Shown: positions 1-13,537 of the stretch, piece by piece
Layout of the letters: every line of letters starts with the position of its first letter
Position numbering within the stretch: the first letter of the stretch is position 1
Assembly: GCF_006345805.1 (NCBI RefSeq)
Contig: NC_043017.1
Location: forward strand, 34,038,001 to 34,102,000
DNA length: 64,000 nucleotides
DNA from: Octopus sinensis
Taxonomy: Eukaryota
Direction of reading: 5' to 3'
Translations under genes and position numbers: made by a program
The notes under the pieces: model-generated
The model's database searches: none
Told to the model about the DNA's origin: nothing
What the model saw: the letters and a program-made list of their open reading frames with translations, nothing else

Positions 1-347
1 CACTTTGGGCAAGTGTCTTCTACTATAGCCTTGGGCCGACCAAAGCTTTGTGAGTGGATTTGGAAAGAATGTAAACTTAAGATATATAAGTATATGTATA
101 TATATATGTATGTGTGTGTGTTTGTGTGTCTGTGTTTGTCTCCCCCCCCAAAAAAAAATCGCTCGACAACCGATGCTGGTGTGTTTATGTCCCCGTTACT
201 TAGCGGTTCGGCAAAAGAGACCGATAGAATAAGTACTAGGCTTAGAAAGAATAAGTCCCGCGGTCGAGTTGCTCGATTAAAGGCGGTGCTCCAGCATGGT
301 CGCAGTCAAATGACTGAAACAAGTAAAAGAGTAAAGAGTAAGAGTAA
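1..347 (+). mobile_element. SINE family A (tRNA-headed, central TA/TG microsatellite), 5' cut by window edge
   Basis: Matches other copies: gggcaagtgtcttctactatagcc...gacaaccgatgctggtgtg...gactgaaacaagtaaaagag tail. Confidence 0.9.
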
Positions 348-1242
348 CCAAGATCGAAGCTTAAGAGAAAGAGCATCTTATAACATCTTAACTCTATTTG
401 AAAAAATTCAGGCCTCGGAGAAGAGTGTTACAAATAGCTCTGGGATCTTATGCCTGTACATGTCCACACCCTATGTCTACCGGTACAAAATATATAATCT
501 TGATGTTTTACAGAGTCCCAGTATAGATATCAGATAGAATCTTCTCTGTAGTAATAACCATAAGTGTAACTGAAGAATCTCTAAGGACTGTTCTTGAGAC
601 GGGAAATGAGTGTGTAATAATGTAATGAATAAATGCAATGTAGAAAGGGATAATAGTTTTGGACATTACATGGTTTCCAAAAGATGTACCCTAAACCTTA
701 CCAGGGAATGCGAAACGGGTGTCTGTTATGCACTCTTCGCCACTTTCTATTAATGCAGCTGAAGCAGTTTGGGATTTTATGGTTGATAATCGATACCTGC
801 TAAGTAAGCGAATTGAATTGGATATCAATCGTGGACATAGAATAAAGATGTCATTTCGTAATTATTGCGTTGAATTAAAATAGACATCACCCAACCAACC
901 ATGGGTGACACATATGTTACTATTTATAATCCATCTAAATAAATGTAAAATTACGGAAATTTATGCGCCTTCTTAATTTATGCCCCCGTTGTTTCTGCCC
1001 TTTCATTTCTGCTACTAATATCAAATCGTATATGCACCCGATCAATATGACAACACTTCTGTACATACGGATTACTTATCTTGTATTTCTGTAACTTCTG
1101 CAATTTCAAATATAAAGATGGAGCTTATCACTTCGATTACTATTCTTATTCCGGCGAATGTTCTTTTATTGGTCTTCTGTATATATCGATACTTTTATTT
1201 TAAAATTCGCATTCCATACAATATTATAAATAGGCTTAAACT

Positions 1243-1400
1243 CTTTGTAAGCCTAGTACTTATTCTATCGGTCTCTTTTGCCGAACCGCTAAGTTACTGG
1301 GACGTAAACATATCAGCATCGATTATCAAGCGATGTTAGGGGGACAAACACAGAGATACATATACACACACATACATACACACACACACATATGTATATA
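1243..1400 (-). mobile_element. SINE family A, 3' half of a copy split by a nested insertion
   Basis: Reverse complement of family-A 3' body (ttgtaagcctagtacttattctatcggtctcttttgccgaaccgc) ending at the central microsatellite. Confidence 0.85.
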
Positions 1401-1417
1401 TATATATATATATACAT

Positions 1418-1720
1418 AGTAATACTAAGTAATTAAGGGCTTAGCAACGATTTGCCTCACCACACACCGAAATTTAGAAATAGCAGTCAAAGAGTTATAG
1501 CTATTCTTTCTACTAAAAGGGAGATCTCAGTAAAACCACAGCACTTGAAAGGCAACACAAAAAGAAGTTTGCCTGTCTGTGTTTGCCTTTCAAGTGCTGT
1601 GGTTTTACTGAGATCTCCCTTTTAGTAGAAAGAATAGCTATAACTCTTTGACTGCTATTTCTAAATTTCGGAGTGTGGTGAGGCAAATCGTTGCTAAACC
1701 CTTAATTACTTAGTATTACT
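1418..1720. repeat. Fold-back palindrome, about 140 bp arms, 20 nt spacer
   Basis: 1418-1558 is the reverse complement of 1579-1720 with about 3 differences; spacer aaaaagaagtttgcctgtct. Confidence 0.95.
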
Positions 1721-1725
1721 TAAAC

Positions 1726-1770
1726 TTTCCTCGAATGAGGCTTTTACATGCCGAAATCTACTTGGTGAAA
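1726..1770 (+). ncRNA. Hammerhead-like motif with non-canonical core in the element tail
   Basis: tttcct-CGAATGA-ggc(ttttacat)gcc-GAAA-tctac-TT-ggtgaaa: stem II and GAAA present, core two changes from CUGANGA, stem I bulged. Confidence 0.3.
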
Positions 1771-1849
1771 TTAATGATTATTCCAAATTAATTAATTTCA
1801 CCCTATATTATTACTGATAACTATATATATACATATATATATACATATA

Positions 1850-2016
1850 TACCATGGACTTCTTTCAGTTTCCGTTTACCAAATCCACTCACAAGGCTTT
1901 GGTCGGCCCGAGACTATAGTAGAAGACATTTGCCCAAGGTGCCACGCAGTTAGACTGAACCCGGAACTATGTGGTTGGTAAGCAAGCTACTTACCACACA
2001 GCCACTCCTGCGCCTA
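1850..2016 (-). mobile_element. SINE family A, 5' half (head) of the split copy
   Basis: ends cttaccacacagccactcctgcgcc, the reverse complement of the family-A head; joins 1243-1400 once the insertion is removed. Confidence 0.88.
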
Positions 2017-2545
2017 TAGTATATATATATATCTATATATATATATAAACAAAATGAAAATTGTTCGTTATCTATCTTTTAATATTATTACTGCTCTTAA
2101 AAGCTGCCTCGAGGTACAACAGTCTGTTCTCTGTATTTATCCGCTCAAACGTTACTATTAATTGAGTTCGTATTAAACAGAAATATTATAAAGACAAATA
2201 AATGTAGGACCACCAACTGAGTGAAATCGGCGACATTGTACGCATTGTTTTCTCAAGTGGACCACGTAGAACGAAATTACTGTCATTTCCCAATGTACTT
2301 GTTCGCATCTTGATTATGTGAAGGAAATGAAGAAAGTTATTAAAAACCAGGAAAACTAGACATTTCCATCTGCCTGGGAAATCAAATATTAGAAAAGAGG
2401 CAATTATTCTCGGTGTTTTAGTAGAACAGCTGGTGAGATATTATTTCTACCTTATGAACATATGCAGATGCGCTCGCACATCTGAACACATCCTAACACA
2501 ACCACACACACACACTAATATACACACATATAATAGTATATATTA

Positions 2546-3643
2546 AAAGCAAAGCGGGATACCGAAATACCCGGCGTTGCCCGGGCTGATAATTTTCAAT
2601 TGACGTTAATGTTGCAAGGACAAAGAATTGGAAGATAACCCATATGCCTTGAATTTTAAATAGCACATTACGCGGCTGTGACAGATATGGAAGGAGTGAC
2701 TGTGAAATAAGTGACTGTGTCTGTGTGTGTGTGCGCGCACAAGTTTGTTCGATGGAGAATGCTTCTACCACTGCTTGTAAATTTCAACGTTCCTCAATCT
2801 GTTTTAATTTCTTTGCTATTCTCCGTCAAGCTGAGTCTATCTCTCATCATGTCTCTGCTAAATACTGACCAAAGTACCACATGTTTTATATGCTACAAAC
2901 GAAAATAACGAAGTGTACGGATTAAAGTGAAGTTTATGAAGTTACTTCTGTCAGTATATTATGTACGAAATTACTTTCATCGGTAATAGTGAACTTCTTT
3001 CTGTCAGTAATTTGTTGTTGTTGTTGTTGTTTGTAAATAGTGATTGAAAACATACAGCGAAAACAATAGCGATTGAACTTAAAGTGAAGACAAAAGCGCC
3101 TGAAATATGAAAGTGAAAACAATAGAGAGTGAGATATTAGAGAGAGAGAGAGAACTAGTTAGACAAATAAGGTAGATATAGGTAAGATATAGACAAATAG
3201 ATATAGAGAGATAGATAGATAAAGAGATAGAGATTGATAGAGAGATATATAGAGATAGAGATAGATAGAAAGAGATGGATATAGAGATATAGATAGAGAG
3301 ATGTGGACTTCACTGACGCTAAAAGACCGGAAATAAATATAAAAAACTTCCAAAGTCGTGAATCTAATATAAAAATTATTTTTTATTTATTTATGGGAGA
3401 CAATCAATTTCTGAAAGTTACTACACAGAGAGTTACCTCCCTTCTGCACGTAAACCAGGAACGGGTATTTTCTGCTCCAAAGGGTTTCGTTACTTATTAA
3501 GTGAAAAATTTTAAGAGCCTAAAGCCATCCCTGGAACATAAGTAATATATGTTCCCAGTTTGGAGAAAATCAGTCGAAAAATACGGCCGTTATAATCTTT
3601 TACCCATTCACACACACACACACAGAACAATTTATATTGTAGA
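2546..3643 (-). mobile_element. Probable non-autonomous Helitron
   Basis: Minus strand starts TCTACAATATAAATTGTTCTGTGTG (like the TCTATATATATAAA heads at 16240/56579) and has the subterminal hairpin CCCGGGCAACGCCGGG (2568-2585); terminal CTAG not intact. Confidence 0.5.
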
Positions 3644-4144
3644 TATACATACATACACATATATATGTGTATATATGTGTGTGTGAGTATGTGCGTGTGT
3701 GTATGTATAATGCAAGTAGAAACAAAAACACACTGTCGACTTCATGATAAAAATATTCGTTTATGAAATATAATGCTTACATAATCAGTCCGTTTCTCTT
3801 TCTGGAATTATGATTTTGTAATTAATGTTGCTATAATTTCATCATTTCAAAACAATCTGTCGTTGTTGATGATGTTTTAATTTCGTAATAGAGGCTGATG
3901 CTAGCAGAGGAGGCAATAAAAGAATGTTATTGGCAGTAACAGCGGAGCTAATAAATAGATTATTAATTTTCTACTATTAATAGTAGCAATAGATATAAAG
4001 GTAATCAAATTTAATTAAATGTGTTTAAGTGCGATCGAAATTTTTCAACGAGTGCAGTTTCATTGTTTCTCCGCTGTTGTTCAGGTGCTCCGTCATTACA
4101 TATATAGTAAATATATTAAAATTTAATTGGTGATTCATAGGATA

Positions 4145-4311
4145 GGCGTAGGAGTGGCTGTGTGGTAAGTAGCTTGCTAACCAACCACATGGTTCCGGGT
4201 TCAATCCCACTGCGTGGCATCTTGGGCAAGTGTCTTCTACTATAGCCTCGTGTTGACCAAAGCCTTGTGAGTGGACTTGGTAAGCGGAAACTGAAAGAAA
4301 CCCGTCGTATG

Positions 4312-4364
<53 letters not shown>

Positions 4365-4586
4365 GTTTGTGTGTCTGTGTTTGTTCCCCCAACATTGCTT
4401 GACAACCGATGCTGGTGTGTTTACGTCCCCGTCACTTAGCGGTTCGGCAAAAGAGACCGATAGAATAAGTACTGGGCTTACAAAGAATAAGTCCCGGGGT
4501 CGATTTGCTCGACTAAAGGTGGTGCTCCAGCATGGCCGCAGTCAAATGACTGAAACAAGTAAAAGAGTAAAAGAGTAAAGAGAGTA
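4145..4586 (+). mobile_element. SINE family A, full length
   Basis: Head ggcgtaggagtggctgtgtggtaag with A-box-like and B-box-like (ggttcaatcc) motifs, TA/TG centre, (gtaaaaga)n tail. Confidence 0.92.
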
Positions 4587-5850
4587 ACTGCTTTTCGTAA
4601 ACTACGTTACATATTGCAAAGGTAATATCTTGGTAATTTTGAAGTTTTGTTCTTGTTTCAACTAAAATTGAAAACCTTCGAATGTGGTAAGAAAATTGCA
4701 TAACTGCGTCGCTCACACAATTTGACTTTACTGTTGCTCTTGTTGCATAGAATTTGGTGCCTTTTTCGTTGGCATCATTTTTATAGATATTTTGTTTTTG
4801 TTGTTTTAAAAACAGCACTTCCATTGTCTTGAGAAGATCGATACATACTCTCTGTCTTAACTCGCAGGTACTTATATGCCATCGTGTATATCCTTTGCGC
4901 TAAATTATTAGAAATATTTGTTTTTGCGTTTTTTAGTGACACGATGTAAATTGTAGATACTTCTTCCAGGGTGATAAAATATGTTTGTCTTAATCTTGTG
5001 TTCAACTCTCATTTAAATTACGTTATTATTACATTTAGCAGAATTTTGTATTCATTTAATTTCTTTAAGATTTCATTTCAACATCAACCATTTAGAAAAC
5101 CTAATCAGCTCCCTTTTGTATATTGATGGAAAGTTCTCCTTATTCTCTTATCAATTCTTGATACATTGTAGTCTTCAAATATCCTACAAAACTTCCATAT
5201 CAAGGAGCTAACATCCTACCAATTTCAGTTCCAAGTTATTTTCGGTAATAGTTGACATTAGAAATGAAATAGTTATTTTGCAGACAACATTTAAATCCAT
5301 CGTTTTTTTAAAATTCCCTCGGGTAATTATTTCGCATAATTATACAATCAGAATTTTATTGATTCTTTTCTATAGTCGTAAGGCAGTGCCTTTTGATTGA
5401 TCGTGGTTTTGGAAGTCGATTCAGCATATCTGGATCGTGTCTCATGAAATTTAGCAGATAGCATTTACCAAAAGAATATCGGCCGCGCTTAAATATGCAC
5501 AAATAGTTAATTATAATTACAGTGATATTTAATTAATGCGAATTAATTTTATTTACGTTTCATTAATTTTAATTAACTTCATAATTGTCACAATTTTTTA
5601 AAAAATGAAAAGAATATTCCACAAGAAACAAGATCGCCAACAACGAATTATGATATAAAATTATAAGATCGTTAATTCCAACACCATGCAAACATTTTAT
5701 AGCGCGAAACCGATTTAATACATGAACGTTACTTTTCAGGCATAACATTTTGAATTTCTCCTATATTTTCAATATATTTTACCATGCGTATATATCTTGA
5801 TTTCTAACATTTCACACACAAAAACCCACATACAACCCCCACTCCTATAT

Positions 5851-5906
5851 ATATGCTAGGCCACTGGTTTTAATTGATCAATATCAATTCTACCCTATTC
5901 AATTAT

Positions 5907-5938
<32 letters not shown>

Positions 5939-5996
5939 ATTGAATAAGGGTAGAAAGAAATTGATATTAATTAATTAAAACCAGTGGCCTAGCATA
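5851..5996. repeat. Short inverted repeat centred on a (TA)n tract
   Basis: atatgctaggccactggttttaatt...ttcaattatat versus atataattgaa...aattaaaaccagtggcctagcatat. Confidence 0.85.
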
Positions 5997-6887
5997 TTTT
6001 TAAAAATCCGAAGATTAAAATATTTTTTTACATACAAAAATTTAAAGGACTGACCACTAAAAGCGGACAGTCAATATGCTATATAGACGTCAAAATCGCT
6101 ATTTTCCACGAAGAATGTGTTCTCAAAAAAACTCAGCAAAGTGTAAAAAATAAGCAAGACAAATGAAAATATACGAAATAAAATATTTTTGTTTATATAT
6201 ATATATATATATATATATTATAGCGAAGAAAGAAAGAAAGAAAGAACGAAAGAAAGGAAGAAAGAAAGGAAGAAAGGAAGGAAGGAAGAGAAAATAAAGC
6301 AGTGACTGTAGTTTAAATATCAAATGACGTAGTCACAAGTTCGCACTCGCTTGCAAGCATAGCGGCAGTAGAAACAGCACCTTCTGCACTTGCTTACATA
6401 AATCAGAAATATTTTGCATAAGGCATACTCACCATAGAATATTCAAATGTTACTGATGATTCTCCTGTTCATCTTCTCTGTTTGGCTCCATCTTATGTTC
6501 CACGACGTGGGTTGTTTTCATATATTTTACATAGCTTTATAAATGGAAATTTGCTGCTGCTTTGTTCTAGAATCAAATAATATATTTTGAGTAAATGCAT
6601 CCTCCCCTTTATCTGCATTTCTTCATTCCCTTATGTTTTCCTTCGGTTCATATATAGTATTTCTCTAGGAGAGACCAAACACGATTCAGTTAAGTGGATT
6701 ATATTCCATCTTTATTTTAACTTTTTATTCATTTTTGCTCTAAAAATCCATATTTATCTGCAAACAATCAATTGGCGTAATCCAAAGAGATTTACCGTTA
6801 AACATCCAGACAAACAAATGCTACAAATTTGATTTTGTTTTTGTTTTTGTTTTCTGAATATTATTTTTCACAGCTTCTTATTTCATG

Positions 6888-7036
6888 ATTGACAGGTTGT
6901 GTAGTAAGAAGCTTGCTTTCCAACCTCATGGTTCAGTCCCACTGCGTGGAACTTTCGGCAAGTGTCTTCTACTAAAGCTTCGGGCTAACGTAAGCCCTGC
7001 GAGTGGATTTGGTAGTCGGAAACTGAAATATGCCTG

Positions 7037-7079
<43 letters not shown>

Positions 7080-7082
7080 GTT

Positions 7083-7151
<69 letters not shown>

Positions 7152-7226
7152 AAAAGAGAGAGAGAGATATATATAGATAGATAGATAGATAGACATAGAT
7201 ATATATATACATATATACATATATAC

Positions 7227-7271
<45 letters not shown>

Positions 7272-7545
7272 TATACATATATATACATATATAATATACA
7301 TATATATACATATATATACATACATATATATTATAATATATATATATATATCTGTGTGTGTGCTGTATTTGTCCCCCATCACCACTTGAAAACCGGTGAT
7401 GGTGTGTTTCCATCCCAATAACTTAGGGATTCAACAAAAGACCAAGTACCAGGCTTTGAAAAAGAATCCTGGAATCGATCCATTTGATTAAAACACTTCA
7501 AGGCGATTCCCCAGCATGTCCACAGTAAAATGACTGAATCAAGTA
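6888..7545 (+). mobile_element. SINE family A, diverged, with expanded TA/GA/GATA centre
   Basis: Head gttgtgtagtaagaagcttgc...ggttcagtcccactgcgtgg and a diverged 3' body ending atgactgaatcaagtaa. Confidence 0.75.
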
Positions 7546-7575
7546 AGCATGAGAGATAAGATATATGATATATAC

Positions 7576-7612
<37 letters not shown>

Positions 7613-7667
7613 CTATATATATATCTATATTATATATATATGCATATGTATTCGTGCGTATGATATA

Positions 7668-7768
7668 TATGGGGCTGTGTGGTAAGAAGCTTGCTTCCCA
7701 ACCCATGGTTCCAGGTTCAGTTCCGCTGCATGGAACCTTGAACAAGTGTCTTCTACTATAACCTCAAG
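7668..7768 (+). mobile_element. SINE family A head fragment
   Basis: ggctgtgtggtaagaagcttgcttcccaacccatggttccaggttcagttccgctgcatgg. Confidence 0.75.
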
Positions 7769-8779
7769 CCGAAATACTGTGTTTAGTAGAATATTGCTTA
7801 AGAAACATCTCAATTCCCATGATGTATAATTTGCTAAAATGTCCAAGATAAATATTCTATCCTAGAAACAAATCGGCATTTTTATTTATGCAATTCTTGA
7901 ATGTTCTGCCAAGAATATTTGGTGCTGCAATTAGAGTGTCACTAATTTGAGCACACATTTGCTGCCCATGTAAATTTCTTTGCATCAAAATATGCTTACT
8001 GAATCACTTTCTTTTTTTTTTCTTTTGCGAAGCATGTCTGTAAGTTTATGTTCTTCACTTATACCCCTACTAAGCAGTATGCAATCGCTGCTAGTAAATC
8101 GATTTCTTAGTCCTCAGATTCTTTCACATCTAGCATCTTCCATAATGTATATTCCCACCCCAGGCTCTAACCGGGGAAAATGTGAACCAGCCTGTCTTAT
8201 AGCCCGACGCATCGACTAGACAGACACATAGTATCTACGAGATCAAAATTAAGCTATTTTATATCCCAAACACATAACAAACGCGGAAAGCAGCCCGATA
8301 GCAGCTCAGGTTTTAATTCAGTGGTCTGGCAAAGCTCTCATAATTTATGTTAAAAACTCACTTTATATTTTGATCTTATTTCTCATGCTGATAGCACAAC
8401 TTTCTATAGTAAGATACACAATTTTAGTTGTTTAGATATCGTTGTAAACATTGTAAAGTCTAAACTACAACGGGTCATGATTTAACAAAACATATCTAAA
8501 AAATGACTACAAAATCGAAATGCCCTTTACAATATACAAAAAAATTATCTATATAGATCTGGACCCTAATGACAAGATACATTAACTACAGAATTGAATG
8601 TCCAACTTTAATATAAACGTCTACGTTTATCCTATCAAACGAGTTGTGACCAGAATCTGACATGATTCCCCCATACGCAATCAAATGGAGACACATTGTC
8701 GTTAATTTTCTGCTTCAAGGAGTTTTGAAGCTTCTCCGATGATGTTATGAATCACCTTTGACCCTCTGATTATATAACG

Positions 8780-9620
8780 GAAGATTTGGCAGTAGCAGAT
8801 TTTTTAGAAGCTAAACTGATTTAGAAGTAAATTGATTTGATTAATTACCGACCCAACACTTCTGCGAAGTCTTTCGAGAATTGACTGAGAGTGAGCTGAC
8901 ATCTTGGTTGATTAGAATTTTAAACTGACATAATCCGTCTAGGTTCCTTTTTGGTCTGTTAATTTGCTGGGCTTTGAGTTTATGGTATCTCAGAAAACTT
9001 TAGAAGTGTTTGAATTCTCTAGATCATGAGGAACATTTTACACTGGTCTGGGATCTGTGTAGAAATTGTGATTGTTGGCATGGTAGAAGGTAAATAAAAT
9101 CTTATCTCGTTTATTTTAGCTTACAACGGCTTTTTCTGTGGGGATCAGCAACATTATAAGGACAAGATGGGATCTAAGATTTCAGCTTGGATTCTTGCCT
9201 ATGGACACATCGACTGTTTTGATGCATAAACATTGTGATAATCTTTTTCATTAAAAAGATTATAAATCTCCTTTTGACGAAACTGTGAACTGGCGATATA
9301 ACTAGAAACTGCGGAACATAGGTTTCCTCAAACGCTGTACAGTCTCTGAAAAACATCAGAGCTGGGCTGCGTTTGGAAATATTTCTGATTCTGCTCAGCT
9401 TTTGAGGGTAGGATTCATTTCAAGGGGTAGCTTGGTAATGCGGTTATTCATCACTTCGTTGATGTATGGAGAGATTTATGATAAAAGAAATAATGCCTGC
9501 AATGGGCAGATCCCAACAATCGCTTTGGTTGTTGATGAGCTTAGGTAGTGCAACTTAAGATCATTTGCATAAATGGTCTGCTATAGGGACAATGGAATTT
9601 TTAGCAATTGTAGTTTCTGG
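8780..9620 (-). pseudogene. Old CR1/L2-type LINE ORF2 relic (RT C-terminal region)
   Basis: Minus-strand fragments YANDLKL (cf. YADDxKL) and FRDCTAFEETYVPQFLVISPV (cf. ..YKTYVRPxLEYxSPVW); many stops and shifts. Confidence 0.5.
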
Positions 9621-9766
9621 AAGATGTCCGATGAGGTTACGTGAAACTAGACTCTAGATCCTTGCAGGTGCAGGAATATGTGTGCGTGTGTGTGTGTATG
9701 CAATGTGTGTGTAATTGTTTGTATATGCATATATATCCGTGTGTGTAGAAAATTGAATAAATATAG

Positions 9767-9797
<31 letters not shown>

Positions 9798-10848
9798 AGT
9801 TTCGATTATATTCCTTCAAATAATAATTATTATTATATATATATGTATATAGATACACCTATATATATTGTGTGTATATACATATATATATGTGTGTGTG
9901 TGTGTGTATACATATATTTGTGTGTACCTGTTTGCACATACGCACGTATCCATGTATGTGTGTATGCATATACATGCGCCTCTAAGCTAAAGAAAATGAT
10001 AGTATGCAGTTACAATTTTATTTTGATATTGGTCCACTTATTTCTTTATTTCTCAGATTACTTCTCGATCGGTAGATTTAGAATGATTGACATACAACTT
10101 AGTTAAACAATTTTTTAATGTAAAAAATACATAATCCACCATAATAATTTTTGCATCTGTTTTGTGTTTTTTTTTCTCTTTAGATACGTTGTTATTGTTC
10201 AAGGCATTTTGTTTTCATATTTCGCATTAGTTTCTGTGACTTTTTCTCATTGAGTTACAAACAACTTCCTTTTTGAGATATTTAAAAACTTATCCATCCA
10301 TAAAGGAAAAAGTAGAAACAAAAAACATGTACAACTTCTTCGATTCGTTTGGAAATCACACACGAACAAAGAAAGTATACAGTAAAAATTTGAAATGCAA
10401 ACAAGATATATATGTTCAATCGTATATGTAAATTCATATATCTGTAGTCTGAAAAAAATCATACGAATATATTGCGTATGTTTCTGAAATATATATTTTC
10501 GTATGTAATCATAACTAAACCTAAATATGTATGTGGAGCAAGTGAATTACGAATGTTAATATTCTATGTATCTATATTTGTATTTGTTTTATCTGTGTTT
10601 ATGAAATATGTGTATGTGTGTGCAAGTGTACGTGCGTTTCATGGCTGATTATAAGTTCTTTCCTTTCGTGTGCAGTGTTTCTCTGCGTAAGAATGAATTG
10701 AAATCGCTTAAAACCTAAATATCGGACGTCAGTTCAATTTATTATATTAAAAAAAAACATGGGTGTGTATATGCATGGTATACACATATGTATTTAAATA
10801 TACATATATGCATACACACACACAAACACACACACACACACACATATA

Positions 10849-10888
<40 letters not shown>

Positions 10889-10958
10889 TTATCTACTCGC
10901 TCATCTGTTTCCTCCTTTGAGATAAAAGAATATCTGAATCTGTAAAAAGAATAACGAA

Positions 10959-10992
<34 letters not shown>

Positions 10993-11169
10993 TAATAATA
11001 ATAATAATAATAATAATGATAGAAATTACAGCCCGTGCCATAACAGTAAAATAAAAAATAAAAATAGTATGAAATATTATATGAAGAAGAATGCGAAGAC
11101 TAATATGAAGAAAAACACAAGGATATGAAAGAAACATGAAAATCAAGCTGATATATATATATATATATA

Positions 11170-11210
<41 letters not shown>

Positions 11211-11569
11211 CATTGGAAAATTGAAAAATGCTGTGAGTTAGATATTAAATTGAGCATGTATAAATCTTCTTCGCAATATGTCTGCTATTAGCAACTTGGT
11301 TTGCTTTTTTTATTTTATTTTATTTATTTACTTGTTTTTAGTTTGTTTGTTTGTTTGTTTTTTGTTTTGTTTTTTTTTGAAAAAGCCAAAAGTATGGAAA
11401 TTAACGTCTGCGTATATCAGGAATGTGCATCCGAACAAAGAGAAAACCCAGAAATATTTTACTAAACAAACGCTGGGTTAACGAACGCTGCAGTAACCAC
11501 GACCGCCGTTCCAAAAGCACACACTGATGAATAAAATCACAACAGGTTATAAGAAAAAATTCTTTTTGG

Positions 11570-11995
11570 AGAAGAAGAAGAAGAAGAAGAAGAACAACAA
11601 CAACAACAACAACAACAACCAAGAACAGAAGAAGTAGAAGAACAAGAACAAGAACAAGAACAGAACAACAAGAAGAAGAGGTAGAAAGAAGAAAGAACAA
11701 CAACAACAACAACAACAAGAACAAGAACAGAACAACAGGAGAAGAAGAGGTAGAAGAACAAGAACAAGACAAGAATAAGAAGAGGTAAGAAAGGAAAGAA
11801 GAAGAATAAGAAGAAGAAGAAGAAGAAGAAGAAGAAAAGAGGAGGAGAAGAAGAAGAAGAAGAACAAGAACAAGAACAGAACAAGAACAGAACATAAGAA
11901 GAGTAGAAGAACAAGAACAAATAAGAAGAAGAAGACAGAAGAAGAATAAGACGGAGAGTATGAGAGAAGAAGGATGAGAGCTGGAAGAGGAGAAA
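11570..11995. repeat. Compound (AAG)n/(AAC)n/(AAGAAC)n low-complexity tract with internal block duplications
   Basis: Direct reading; source of the spurious 202 and 259 aa ORFs. Confidence 0.95.
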
Positions 11996-12799
11996 TTGGA
12001 AAACAACATTGATTTTTAACATTAGTAAAAGGTAAAATACTTTGAGGTACTGTATAGTTTTCAGAACTGGGCTAGTTATTTTATAATTTTGACGAGGGAT
12101 TGCTAAAAACAAAGTTGAGGTCGGCTTATATATAAAATACAGCACGATTTTAAGTTCGGTGCACAACGAACATCTAATAAATTCTTTATTTATTTGTACG
12201 GTCAAAACTGATAAATAATAATAATATCTATTTAGACCAAACGGAGGCAGAAAGATATATTGAAACTGGGTCGCAGTTGTATTACATTTTACAATTCCAC
12301 TGTCATAACGCAACAACTAACAAAGTCGGTAGCAGGAAACAATACATTCACTAAATAACATCAAAGTTAAGTATTTAATAAAATGATTTATTAGCAACTT
12401 GAATACATGAAATGAAAAACTAAGTCGTAATGGATCCTATGTCTTTAGTTTATGTGACATGTCAATACTTAGAGCACCAAGCGTTATCTCATCAGGGCTT
12501 CTCATAATAAACCACTCGCTAACATCTGATGTGTATGTGCCGAATATTCACAAAGAAGGTGAAATATATTGATCACGTTACTGGGTATGCAACTTATACA
12601 ATAATATACAATAAAGGAAACAAATACAGTCCAATAAAAAAAATGTTAATATTTCAAAGTGGTCGACTCAGCATATTGGCCCAAATACATATAACTTATT
12701 TAAGAATCTCTGAAGCTGACATCTCAAGCTCCCATTGAAAGATAAATTACTACTATTGCATATTTTATTACATATAATGTATTATTGCATAATTTTGCG

Positions 12800-13050
12800 T
12801 GACTGTGTGGTAGTAGTTTAGGTTTCCAATCCTGGCTGCAAGTTCACTCCCACTGCGTTGCATCTCGAGAAAGTGTTTTCTACTATAGCCCCGAGCCAAA
12901 CAGAGCCTTGAAAGTAGATTTCATAGACAGAAACTGAAAGAAACGTATTGTATATAGACGTGGGTGTATGTGCGTGTGGGGAGTGTCTTCGTGTGTGTTG
13001 TGGGTATACGTGTGTAGTGATGGAGCAGTTTGACCCCCCAAAACGTCTTG
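12800..13050 (+). mobile_element. SINE family A, old 5' portion
   Basis: gactgtgtggtagtag...gttcactcccactgcgttgcatctcgagaaagtgttttctactatagcc. Confidence 0.65.
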
Positions 13051-13108
13051 GTACAGGTACTTAGTAAGCATACACAGGTTTTTGTACAATTGACATAAAG
13101 CTGGTGAT

Positions 13109-13537
13109 ACTCTTTCTTTTTACTCTTTTTTTACTCTTTTTACTTGTTTCAGTCATTTGACTGCGGCCATGCTGGAGCACCGCCTTTAGTCGAGCAAATC
13201 GACCCCGGGACTTATTCTTTGTAAGCCCAGTACTTATTCTATCGGTCTCTTTTGCCGAACCGCTAAGTGACGGGGACGTAAACACAACAGCATCGGTTGT
13301 CAAGCAATGCTAGGGAAACAAACACAGACACACAAACATATTCACACACACTTATATATATATACATATATACGACAGGCTTCTTTCAGTTTCCGTCTAC
13401 CAAATCCACTCACAAGGCATTGGTCGGCCCGGGGCTATAGCAGAAGACACTTGCCCAAGATGCCGCGCAGTGGGACTAAACCCGGAACCATGTGGTTGGT
13501 TAGCAAGCTACTTACCAAACAGCCACTCCTGCGCCTA
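13109..13537 (-). mobile_element. SINE family A, full length
   Basis: Complete reverse-complement copy from the tail (tactctttt)n to ccactcctgcgcc. Confidence 0.92.

Noticed and set aside
13-537. 174 aa ORF and similar MTTDAGV.../MSSNARG... ORFs throughout
   Set aside because: Read-through of family-A SINE sequence, recurring at every copy.
4590-5500. Possible MULE or other transposase relic (LPEGILKKRW on the minus strand)
   Set aside because: Single short motif, no termini; insufficient evidence.
11401-12316. 202 and 259 aa ORFs
   Set aside because: Products of the AAG/AAC compound repeat; no protein signature.
12440-12512. Minus-strand CTGATGA with a downstream hairpin
   Set aside because: GAAA replaced by GACA and no stem I; cannot be supported as a hammerhead.
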